NCBI GenBank assembly: GCA_949474265.1
Contig: CASXBC010000001.1
Coordinates: 20,216 to 84,215 of the forward strand
Source of the DNA: an uncultured bacterium
GTDB lineage: Bacteria; Bacillota; Clostridia; Christensenellales; UBA1242
Reading direction: 5' to 3'
Length of the DNA: 64,000 nucleotides
The position numbers and the translations under genes were made by a program. Shown piece by piece: positions 45,750 through 54,490 of this stretch. Every line of letters begins with the position of its first letter. Within the stretch, counting starts at the first letter, position 1. The notes beneath the pieces are model-generated. The model searched no databases. It was not told the origin of the DNA and was given only the letters and a program-made list of their open reading frames with translations.

Positions 45750-46231
45750 ATGAATTTTATAGATTATGAGCCAAGATATAAGGATGCAATCTTTGAATTG
45801 GAAGCAAAACAATGGGGTGCTGGGTCTGATTCGGATGATATTATGCAGAATTTAGAAAAATATAATATTAAACTGATTGAAAACAACGGGGGGGGATTTG
45901 TGGATGTGCCATTTGGCATGTACAAGATGCTAAAGTTTGTTTTATTGACATGGTCTTGCTTGCCCCAGAAATTCAGCATCAAGGATATGGCAGTAAGTTG
46001 ATGAAAATAATAATTGACTTTGCAATTGCTGAAAAATGTCAAACTGTCGAATGCGAAGCTATTGATTGTTTGGGAAAGACTAATATAGAAAATCTATTAA
46101 ACAAATTTAATTTTGTTGAAAAGTATAAAGTAGAGAATTATTGGGGAAAGAGTTGCCCAGACTTTCATTGTAAAGAATGTGGACAGTGTCCTTGTGTTTG
46201 TTCCATGAGAAAATTTGTTAAGGTTTTATAA
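45750..46231 (+). pseudogene. GNAT-family acetyltransferase with Cys-rich tail, frame-shifted at a G8 tract (G9 would give an intact 160-aa ORF)
   Basis: Track ORFs 45750-46001 and 45950-46231 are two frames of one gene. G8 lies at 45888-45895. The downstream frame opens at 45881 and reads ...GGICGCAIWHVQDAKVCFIDMVLLAPEIQHQGYGSKLM (GNAT motif A). Confidence 0.75.
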
Positions 46232-46269
46232 GCTAAAAATTATCACTTTTAGGAGGTTATCCCAAATTA

Positions 46270-46713
46270 ATGTATTGGTTTAATTATGCTGCAGCAGTTG
46301 TGATTTTCGCTATGATGATACCCAATTTTATTTATGCAAAAAAACAAGCGGGACAACAACAAACTCTTTATGGAAATAAGATTATGGAGATTTTGGAGAA
46401 GATAGGTCGCATTGGTTGTATCTTTTGCATGTTGTGTAATTTTCCAGATTGGCAAGAATGGTTTTGGTTTGACCAGGGCAGAACAGTTTTTATTTTTGTA
46501 AATGCTGGTCTAGTTGTCTTGTATTATGTTTTTTGGATAATTTGCTGGAAGAGAAGAGGGAAATTGAGGGCTTTGTCACTTTCAATTATTCCTACTGTGA
46601 TTTTTGTTTTTAGCGGAATTGTGCTGTCATATATTCCACTTATTGTGTTTTCAGTCTTATTTGGTGCGACACATATTTATTTGAGTATAAAAAGAGAAAA
46701 GTTCTTGAGTTGA
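46270..46713 (+). CDS. Hypothetical integral membrane protein (about 4 transmembrane helices)
   Basis: 147-aa track ORF with hydrophobic spans; GGAGG upstream. Confidence 0.6.
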   Translation: MYWFNYAAAVVIFAMMIPNFIYAKKQAGQQQTLYGNKIMEILEKIGRIGCIFCMLCNFPDWQEWFWFDQGRTVFIFVNAGLVVLYYVFWIICWKRRGKLRALSLSIIPTVIFVFSGIVLSYIPLIVFSVLFGATHIYLSIKREKFLS

Positions 46714-46757
46714 AGCGTTTTAAACGCAATTATAGTTGAATTCGTTGTGAGGTATTT

Positions 46758-47081
46758 ATGAAAGTTTACAATAAGTTGGTTAGAGATAGAATTCCAGAGA
46801 TAATTGAAAGAAATAATGAAGTTTGTCACACAAGAGTATTGACGGAAGAAGAATATCTGATTGAATTAAACAAAAAACTTCAAGAAGAGATGATTGAGTA
46901 TTTGCAGTCAGGAGAAGTTGAAGAGCTTGCTGATTTGGAAGAGGTTTTGAGAGCTATTCTTGATGTAAAGAAAGTTTTGTATAGTGATTTTGAAAAAATC
47001 AGAAACGAAAAGGTTGAAAAAAGAGGTGCATTCAAAAAGAAGATTTTTCTAGAAAATGTTGACGAAAAAGGCTTTAAATAA
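46758..47081 (+). CDS. MazG-like / PRA-PH-like all-alpha NTP pyrophosphohydrolase (COG4997-type)
   Basis: MKVYNKLVRDRIPEII... and EELADLEEVL acidic metal-binding helix; 107 aa. Confidence 0.7.
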   Translation: MKVYNKLVRDRIPEIIERNNEVCHTRVLTEEEYLIELNKKLQEEMIEYLQSGEVEELADLEEVLRAILDVKKVLYSDFEKIRNEKVEKRGAFKKKIFLENVDEKGFK

Positions 47082-47115
47082 CAAATTTTAAATAAAAGTG
47101 AGTAGATAAAAATTT

Positions 47116-47765
47116 ATGAAAACAATAAAAACAATTGATTTATGGACAGAACGAAAAGAAAACCATTATGAGTGTTTTAATGGAGCTTTTGTGGACGGCT
47201 TTGAAAATGGGGGGGGATTCCGTTTGAAAGTTTTAAAGTTGTCAAAAATTGCAACTGCAGAATAAGTTGCGACAAAGAGAATTTCAACATTTCAAATAAG
47301 CACAATGCAATTATTTTTTATAAAAGAAATGAGCCTGTTAGATTGCTTGTTGCAAATCAAAAAACAGATATTGAAAAATGTGTGGAAATTGCATTAAATC
47401 AGTTGTTTGAGGGAGCACCACTTTCAAAGTTGTTTAAGAGAAATAATATAGAAATGACATATTTAGATTTGAAAGAAAAACCTGTTTTCAACAATGCAGA
47501 CAAGTCAAAAGAAATTGATGTTGGCTCATGTGACAGGTGGAATTTGCTTTATAATATGCTAAAGGGAAGTTATACTGAAAGCCAAACAAATTATGGAAAT
47601 TTTGGCAGCTCTAAATATGAATTTATACCAGAGATTTCAATAGAATACAATTTGAAAATCGAAGATGAAATCTTTTGCATTAAGCACTCTTGTGCGTTTG
47701 TAAATGATATAGAAACAAGACTTATTCCAATTCAAGATTTTTCTAAGTTGACAGAAATGAGTTAG
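47116..47765 (+). pseudogene. Hypothetical gene frame-shifted at a second G8 tract (G9 would give an intact 216-aa ORF)
   Basis: The ATG at 47116 reads MKTIKTIDLWTERKENHYECFNGAFVDGFENGGG and stops 16 codons after G8 (47209-47216). The +1 frame is open from the tract to 47765 (IPFESFKVVKNCNC...), continuous with track ORF 47343-47765. Confidence 0.65.
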
Positions 47766-47807
47766 ATATTATGCAAAAAATTATATTTCAAGAAAAAGTA
47801 TAAAAAA

Positions 47808-47831
47808 CTTTCAATATTTGAAAGGTTTTTT
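47808..47831 (+). terminator. Terminator
   Basis: CTTTCAA-tat-TTGAAAG followed by gTTTTTT. Confidence 0.65.
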
Positions 47832-48034
47832 ATTTTATTGAAAGAATATCACACAAGAGCAGAAAAAATATTGAAAATTAATTGTTGCTATGAAAAAGCT
47901 GATTTATTTTAAAATTTTCATTGTTACAAAAGTTAAATTCTAGTAACATTTTTTGCTTTTGTTTGTTAAAAATTATGCAAATATCTTCTTGAGTGATATA
48001 ATTAAAAATAGAAGATAAAGTTAAGGAGGAACTA

Positions 48035-49237
48035 ATGAATTTTTTTAAAAAGCTTTATTGCAGAACCTATCAAAGTACGTTTAGGTTGATGTTGCCAATT
48101 TTGCCATACAGACAACCAAATGCTTTGAGAAACAACGAAGAGATTGTTGATGTCCTTAGTGAGAATAATGTTGAGAGTGTGATTTTGGTTACTGACAAAG
48201 GGATTCGTGGGCTTGGACTTACCAATGCTCTAGAGAAAGCAATAACAGACAGTGGAATTAAACTTTCAGTTTATGATAAGACTGTTGCAAATCCAACAAC
48301 TGAAAATGTCGAGGAAGCGGTTGACCTTTACAAGAAGAAAGGTTGTCAAGCGATTATTGCTTTTGGTGGTGGAAGTGCTATGGACTGTGCAAAAGCAACA
48401 GGTGCAAGGATTGCAAGACCTAAAAAGCCTCTTAGCAAAATGAAAGGTGTTTTGAAAGTTGGCAAAAAATTGCCATTGCTAATTGCAATTCCAACAACAG
48501 CAGGCACAGGCAGTGAGACTACTCTTGCAGCAGTGATAACTGACAGCGAGACCAGACATAAATATGCTATAAATGACTTTCCACTTATCCCACGCTATGC
48601 AGCACTTATGAGCGAGCTTACAGTAGGACTTCCAAAGTCTATTACTGCGACAACAGGTATGGATGCTCTTACTCATGCCATTGAAGCTTATATTGGAAGA
48701 AGCACCACAAAAGAAACCAGAAGGCGTGCTCTTTTTGCGGTTAAGACAATTTTTGAAAATATTGAAACCGCTTACAATGATGGACAAAACATTCAAGCGA
48801 GAGAAAATATGTTGCAAGCATCTTATTCTGCAGGACTTGCATTTACGGTTTCGTATGTTGGCTATGTGCATGCAGTTGCTCATTCTCTTGGTGGAAAATA
48901 TAATGTCCCTCATGGACTTGCCAATGCAATCATTCTTCCTTATGTTCTTAAGAGATATGGAAAAAAGATTTATAAGAAGCTTTGGAAAATGGGCGTGTAC
49001 TCTGGTCTTTTTGACAAGGAGACCTCCTATGAAAATGGGGCAAAATTGTTTATTGAAAAGATTGAAACTTTGAACAAAAATATGAATATAGGCACTCAAA
49101 TTGCAGAGATAAAAGAAGAGGACATCCCTGCTCTCGCAAAGACGGCAGAGAAAGAAGGAAATCCACTTTACCCTGTGCCTGTGCTTTGGACTGCGAAACA
49201 ACTTGAAGAGATTTATAGAGAGGTGAAAAATGGATAA
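48035..49237 (+). CDS. Iron-containing (group III) alcohol dehydrogenase
   Basis: 400 aa. GGGS(A)MDCAK and the His-rich metal-site region HAVAHSLGG...HG are typical of the Fe-ADH family. AAGGAGG RBS. Confidence 0.88.
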   Translation: MNFFKKLYCRTYQSTFRLMLPILPYRQPNALRNNEEIVDVLSENNVESVILVTDKGIRGLGLTNALEKAITDSGIKLSVYDKTVANPTTENVEEAVDLYKKKGCQAIIAFGGGSAMDCAKATGARIARPKKPLSKMKGVLKVGKKLPLLIAIPTTAGTGSETTLAAVITDSETRHKYAINDFPLIPRYAALMSELTVGLPKSITATTGMDALTHAIEAYIGRSTTKETRRRALFAVKTIFENIETAYNDGQNIQARENMLQASYSAGLAFTVSYVGYVHAVAHSLGGKYNVPHGLANAIILPYVLKRYGKKIYKKLWKMGVYSGLFDKETSYENGAKLFIEKIETLNKNMNIGTQIAEIKEEDIPALAKTAEKEGNPLYPVPVLWTAKQLEEIYREVKNG

Positions 49238-50606
49238 GGATTATATTTTATCATGTTTTGAAAAACAAAAAAAAGGTTTGAAAGAAAACCCTCTTCGCTT
49301 TTATAAAAACAGAATCACAGCTTTAAAGACTCTTCAAAAAAACATCAAACTTATGGAAGATGAAATTTGTGAAGCTTTGAAAAAAGATTTAAACAAAAGC
49401 AAGACAGAGAGCTATATGTCAGAAATTGGGCTTGTGCAAAGCGAGATTTCATACATGATTAGGCATTGCAAAAAGTTTGCAAAACCAAAACGTGTGATGA
49501 CACCAATATCTCAATTTGTATCAAAATCTTATAAGCTTGCTTGCCCTTATGGAGTTGTGCTTATTATCAGCCCATGGAATTATCCTTTTATGCTTTCAAT
49601 TGAACCGCTTGTGGATGCAATTGCAGCAGGCAACTGTGTTGTGCTTAAACCAAGTGCGACATCATCCAATGTTTGTGAAGTGATTTCAAAACTGATTGAA
49701 AAAACTTTTCCACCAGAGCAAGTCGTTGTGGTGCAAGGAGGAAGAGAACAAAGTTCGTTTCTTTTGGAGTTGGACTTTGACCACATCTTTTTCACAGGCA
49801 GCATGAGAGTAGGAAAAGAAGTTTTGGAGAAAGCGTCTCAAAACTTTATTCCTGTCACACTTGAGCTTGGTGGAAAAAGCCCTTGTATTGTGGATGAGAC
49901 AGCAAATCTTGCTTTGGCAGCAAAGAGAATTGTCTTTGGAAAATTTTTAAACTGCGGTCAAACTTGTGTTGCTCCTGATTATCTTTATTGCTCAAGCAAG
50001 ATAAAGGACAAGCTTATCAAAGAGATTGAAAAGCAAATTGTTTTGCAATACACAGACAATGCTATTGAAAATGAAAACTATCCAAAGCTGATAAATCAAA
50101 GACAGTTTGATTCGGTTAAAAAACTTATTAAAGCTGATAATGTCTTGTTTGGCGGAAAGTATGATGAGGAGAAACTTAAGATTGAGCCAACAATACTCAA
50201 TTCAAATTTTGATGCAGAAGATATGGAAGAAGAGATTTTTGGACCCGTGCTTCCTGTCGTGACTTTTGATAGTCTTGATGAAGCGATTGATAAAGTAAAT
50301 TCTTTGAAAAAACCGCTTGCACTTTATATCTTTTCATCGTCTAAGAAAAACCAAAACAGAGTTGTTGGGTTGTGTGATTTTGGCGGAGGATGTGTCAATG
50401 ACACCATCATTCATCTTGCAACTTCAAACATGGGATTTGGTGGTCTGAAATCGAGTGGAATGGGTGCTTATCATGGAAAGGTAGGCTTTGATACTTTTTC
50501 ACACTACAAAAGCATAGTTGATAAAAAAACATGGATTGATTTGCCAATGCGTTATCAACCACACACAAAAATGAAATATAAACTTATAAAATGGTTTTTG
50601 AAATAG
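49230..50606 (+). CDS. NAD(P)-dependent aldehyde dehydrogenase, class-3-like (fatty/aromatic aldehyde type)
   Basis: ELGGKSP and catalytic Cys in GQTCVAPDY; 458 aa; 8-nt overlap with the ADH gene. Confidence 0.88.
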   Translation: MDKDYILSCFEKQKKGLKENPLRFYKNRITALKTLQKNIKLMEDEICEALKKDLNKSKTESYMSEIGLVQSEISYMIRHCKKFAKPKRVMTPISQFVSKSYKLACPYGVVLIISPWNYPFMLSIEPLVDAIAAGNCVVLKPSATSSNVCEVISKLIEKTFPPEQVVVVQGGREQSSFLLELDFDHIFFTGSMRVGKEVLEKASQNFIPVTLELGGKSPCIVDETANLALAAKRIVFGKFLNCGQTCVAPDYLYCSSKIKDKLIKEIEKQIVLQYTDNAIENENYPKLINQRQFDSVKKLIKADNVLFGGKYDEEKLKIEPTILNSNFDAEDMEEEIFGPVLPVVTFDSLDEAIDKVNSLKKPLALYIFSSSKKNQNRVVGLCDFGGGCVNDTIIHLATSNMGFGGLKSSGMGAYHGKVGFDTFSHYKSIVDKKTWIDLPMRYQPHTKMKYKLIKWFLK

Positions 50607-50614
50607 GAGGCATG

Positions 50615-51322
50615 ATGAAAAACGGAAAGTTTGAAAACAATCTTGAAAAAATGTTTTTTATTTCAGACATAATTCTTATGCTTTGGATTCTTGCAGGAGA
50701 TGTTTGTTATATTGTTTTGGACGGTCTTGTGTTAAAGAGCCTGACAAGTGCTTTGTTTGTTGTGCTTGGATTGGTAAACTTATCTTATGTTGTTTTAAGA
50801 CAAAACAAATCTTTGAAATTTCCTATTATAATGGTTGTTGGGCTTGTGTTTGCAATGTGCGGAGATATTGTATTGGAAGTGGAGTTTGTTGTAGGGGCGG
50901 TATTGTTTGCTGTAGGACATGTTTTCTATTTTGTGGCATATTGCTTTTTGCAAAAGTTTAAGTGGATTGACCTTGTTTTTGGTGCTGTAATTTTCGTGCC
51001 ATCAGTTTTGTTTATAACTCTTGCACCTATTTTTGATTTTGGTGGTATTTTAATGGAGATTGTTTGTGTTGTTTATGCAGTAATAATCTCTTGTATGGTT
51101 GGAAAATCAATATCAAACCTTGTGTCAAAACGTAACTTGCAGAATTTAATAATTATGATTGGAAGCATATTATTCTTCTTTTCAGACCTCATGTTGCTCC
51201 TAAATGTATTTGCTTCTCTTCCAAGAGTTGTTGGAGTTTTGTGTCTTGCCACATACTATCCAGCAGAGTGGCTTTTGGGATTTTCAATATTTCTTCACAG
51301 CTCTGCAAAAGAAGAAAAATAA
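50615..51322 (+). CDS. YhhN-family membrane protein (lysoplasmalogenase family)
   Basis: Eight hydrophobic helices. Family motifs MCGDIVLE and AVGHVFYF. GGAGG precedes the ATGs at 50612/50615 (the track start at 50591 overlaps aldh). Confidence 0.78.
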   Translation: MKNGKFENNLEKMFFISDIILMLWILAGDVCYIVLDGLVLKSLTSALFVVLGLVNLSYVVLRQNKSLKFPIIMVVGLVFAMCGDIVLEVEFVVGAVLFAVGHVFYFVAYCFLQKFKWIDLVFGAVIFVPSVLFITLAPIFDFGGILMEIVCVVYAVIISCMVGKSISNLVSKRNLQNLIIMIGSILFFFSDLMLLLNVFASLPRVVGVLCLATYYPAEWLLGFSIFLHSSAKEEK

Positions 51323-51330
51323 ATAATAAA

Positions 51331-51356
51331 AGACACAAATTGCTTGTGTCTTTTTT
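51331..51356. terminator. Bidirectional terminator
   Basis: AGACACAA-attgc-TTGTGTCT followed by T6. Confidence 0.85.
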
Positions 51357-51359
51357 GTT

Positions 51360-52259
51360 CTATAAATCTCTACCTTTTTCTTTATACTTTGCATCAGACT
51401 TGAATGCTTTTGAAGAAAATTCTTTGTCTGGCATTTTCAAAGTTGACATATCTAAATTTTTGATTGGCATAACAAAGCTTTTCATAATAGGCAGAGCATC
51501 TTTTATGCCAGCAAGCACAGGCATAAAATTGTGTTTGAGCATAAGCCCATCCAAGAGTCTTTTCATGCCAAGCCCATCTTTGGTTATGTTTGGGTTAGTA
51601 AGCATAATTGCATTAAGTTTTTGATTGAATTGATTTGCAATCAAAATGCCTGTTGGTCCACACTTTGGCAAAATAGGCAAAATGCTTGACACATAGTTTA
51701 TTGATGAAATTGCAAGTGTTGGACATAATGCACCAAACAAAGCAATTCTCTCAAGCAGGTTTCTAAGCAGTGGACTATCTTCATAAGCAAGGTCATCAAG
51801 ATGAAGCCAAACATTCCATTCTTTGTAAACATAGTTTACAAAATCTGGATGTCCCACTTTGACAATTTCTGCGAGTCGTGTTTTGTGGATAATGTTGTTT
51901 TCATCAATGCGAAGTTCTCTTTCTTCAATATCCAAAAATGCTTGTTGAGATTTTCCAACGATATTAAAAGTGATTTTAAAGTTGAGTATCAAATTTTCAA
52001 GCACTCTTGTTGCAAGCACAACATTTCCTTTTCTCCATTGAAAAAATTTAATTTCTTTTATAAGAAAGTCTTGCAGTTCTGGTTTGATTTTGTAGGTTCC
52101 AAAAACAGAAAAGTCTCCAACCAACTTGTTTTCAAATTTTATTTGGTCATAAAGTATGCGAAGATAATCTTTGAGTGCAGGGGTTGAATCAATAACTTCT
52201 TGGTCTCCACCAAATCTATAGTCATCAAGCTTAAAATTTTTCTTGTTAAAAGTAGCCAT
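51360..52259 (-). CDS. Hypothetical protein (299 aa)
   Basis: Track ORF with AAGGAA RBS. Family not recognised. Confidence 0.6.
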   Translation of the reverse strand: MATFNKKNFKLDDYRFGGDQEVIDSTPALKDYLRILYDQIKFENKLVGDFSVFGTYKIKPELQDFLIKEIKFFQWRKGNVVLATRVLENLILNFKITFNIVGKSQQAFLDIEERELRIDENNIIHKTRLAEIVKVGHPDFVNYVYKEWNVWLHLDDLAYEDSPLLRNLLERIALFGALCPTLAISSINYVSSILPILPKCGPTGILIANQFNQKLNAIMLTNPNITKDGLGMKRLLDGLMLKHNFMPVLAGIKDALPIMKSFVMPIKNLDMSTLKMPDKEFSSKAFKSDAKYKEKGRDL

Positions 52260-52404
52260 ATATATTCCTTTTTTTCTTATGATTATTATACATTACAAAT
52301 TTCAAACTTGCCAATTAAATGACTATGTATTTATTTGAAAATATCATTTAATGTGTTAAGATATAATTTATAAAGAGCTGAAATAAAAGGAATAATTTGG
52401 TATT

Positions 52405-52968
52405 ATGGAATTGGAAAGAGAAAATCTTAAAGAACTTTCTTTTAACATCAATTTTGTTTTAGATGAAAAGTCTCTCAAAAAAGTAAAGTTGTTCAATGCA
52501 AAACTATGTAAAAAAGTCAATTCAGAGATAAATTTTGAAGAGGGCTGTGTTCCACATATTACAATATTACTTTTTAAGGTCAAAGCAGAGGATGCTGAAA
52601 AAGTTTGCAATATTGTTTGGGATTTTACTTCAAACATAAAGTTTTCAGAGGTAAAATTTAAGCTGAGAAAAATAAGAGTAACAAACAATTATATTATGCT
52701 TGATGTTGAAAACTGTGAAGAGCTTATCAAAATAAGTGAGGCATTAGAAAATTTGATAAGACCTTATACAATTAGATTTTCTCATTGGCCAAAAAGCAGA
52801 GACAACCGTCCACACATCACTCTTGGATATTGCAGAGATGTAAAGATGTCGGCGAAATTATTTGATGGAAAAACATTGTCTTTGACGGTCAAACCTATTG
52901 CACTTCGTCTTAGTGATAAATATGCTCATGGCACTGTGCATGGGGGATTTAAAATTAAATTGTTGTAA
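52405..52968 (+). CDS. 2H phosphoesterase superfamily protein (LigT / cyclic phosphodiesterase-like)
   Basis: Two H-x-T motifs, VPHITILL and RPHITLGY, about 90 aa apart. Confidence 0.72.
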   Translation: MELERENLKELSFNINFVLDEKSLKKVKLFNAKLCKKVNSEINFEEGCVPHITILLFKVKAEDAEKVCNIVWDFTSNIKFSEVKFKLRKIRVTNNYIMLDVENCEELIKISEALENLIRPYTIRFSHWPKSRDNRPHITLGYCRDVKMSAKLFDGKTLSLTVKPIALRLSDKYAHGTVHGGFKIKLL

Positions 52969-53050
52969 TTGGCTTGATTTGAAAAGACAGGAGAAAAGTC
53001 CTTAAAACTACTTACCATTAAGATACAATCATCAATTTTGGCAAATTGAA

Positions 53051-53079
53051 AAAAGACTAGGGTACCCCTAGTCTTTTTT
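53051..53079. terminator. Bidirectional terminator
   Basis: GACTAGGG-tac-CCCTAGTC flanked by A- and T-runs. Confidence 0.8.
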
Positions 53080-54490
53080 ATTTAAGTTTTTCTTTTAAAA
53101 TTTCTTCTGCTTTGACTGCGTTTGCCTTTCCACGACTTTCTTTCATGACCTGACCGACAAACCATTTTAAAAGTTTTTCTGGCTCCGCACCATTTTGATA
53201 ATCTGACACTGCTTTTGGATTTTTTTCAATAATTGAAACAATCATTTCTTCAAGTTCGGTTTCAGACAGATTGCCTCCAAGTGTTTTTGCCAAAGCTTCA
53301 ACATCAACATTTTCGTTCCAAGCTTTTGTAAAAATTGTTTTTGCAACGCTACGATTTAGTTTTCCATCATCCATAAGATTTATTATCTTTGCCATATCAT
53401 CAGGCGAGATTTTTATCATATTGTCATCTTTTGACAAACTTGAGATTTCTCCCAAAAGCCAATTTGAGATTGCTTTAGCATTGCTACAAAGTTTGAGAGT
53501 TTTTTCAAAAAAATCAATCAGATTTTGGTCTTTGACAATAATGCTTGCCTCATAATCAGAAAGTCCTAGTGAAAGATATTTTTCTTTAAGCTCTTCTGGA
53601 AGCATAGGAATTTCTCTTCTTATTTCATCAACAACAGTTTTTGAAACTTCCACAGCAAGAAGGTCTGGGTCAGGGAAGTAGCGATAGTCTTGTGCATTTT
53701 CTTTTTTTCGCATGGTGTAACTTTCTTGTGCATTGTCATCCCAACGTCTTGTCTCTTGTTCAATGACGCCACCTTTTGAGAGGATGTTTTTTTGTCTTTC
53801 AATTTCATAGTTTATGGCACGATAGACAGCCTTAAAGCCCATAATATTTTTCATTTCGACCTTTGTGCCAAAAGCAGAACTGCCTTTTGGTTTGATTGAA
53901 ACATTGACATCAGCTCTCATTTGCCCTTTTTCAATTTCGCAGTCAGCGACACCTGTAAAGATGTAAACTTGTCTGAGCTTTTCCAAAAACTCCACAGCCT
54001 CTTCAGCAGATTCTAAGTGAGGTTCTTGCAAAGCTTCAGTTACAAGTTCAATAAGTGGCACACCTCCTCGGTTGTAATCAATCATTGTGACAGAACCATC
54101 CGAAGAGTGAATGAGCTTTCCTGCATCCTCTTCTAGATGAATTCTGTTTATTGGTATTTCTTTTTCTCCAACTTTCAAATGTCCACCAAGACAGATTGGT
54201 CTGACCATTTGGCTTATTTGATAAGCTTTTGGAAGGTCTGGATAGAAATAGTTTTTTCTTTCAAACACAGAAAGTTCATTTATCTGACAACCAAGAGCAA
54301 GCCCTGCTTTGATTGCAAGTTTCAACGCCTCTTTATTTAGTGTTGGCAAAGCACCAGGAAGCCCTAGACAAACAGGGCAACAGTGTGTGTTTGGTTGTCC
54401 GCCAAACTCGTTTTTGCAAGGACAAAAAACTTTGGTCTTGGTTTTAAGTTCTGCATGGACTTCAAGTCCAATAACTACATCATATTCCAT
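53078..54490 (-). CDS. gatB: Asp/Glu-tRNA(Asn/Gln) amidotransferase subunit B
   Basis: Start MEYDVVIGLEVHAELKTKTKVFC at 54490 (GGAGG RBS); conserved along its full length. Confidence 0.95.
   Translation of the reverse strand: MEYDVVIGLEVHAELKTKTKVFCPCKNEFGGQPNTHCCPVCLGLPGALPTLNKEALKLAIKAGLALGCQINELSVFERKNYFYPDLPKAYQISQMVRPICLGGHLKVGEKEIPINRIHLEEDAGKLIHSSDGSVTMIDYNRGGVPLIELVTEALQEPHLESAEEAVEFLEKLRQVYIFTGVADCEIEKGQMRADVNVSIKPKGSSAFGTKVEMKNIMGFKAVYRAINYEIERQKNILSKGGVIEQETRRWDDNAQESYTMRKKENAQDYRYFPDPDLLAVEVSKTVVDEIRREIPMLPEELKEKYLSLGLSDYEASIIVKDQNLIDFFEKTLKLCSNAKAISNWLLGEISSLSKDDNMIKISPDDMAKIINLMDDGKLNRSVAKTIFTKAWNENVDVEALAKTLGGNLSETELEEMIVSIIEKNPKAVSDYQNGAEPEKLLKWFVGQVMKESRGKANAVKAEEILKEKLK

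Noticed and set aside
44074-47835. A tRNA-Ser-associated integrated mobile element
   Set aside because: No integrase, recombinase or transposase is present. I found no direct repeat of the tRNA 3' end. cysK, a core gene, lies between the tRNA and the accessory genes.
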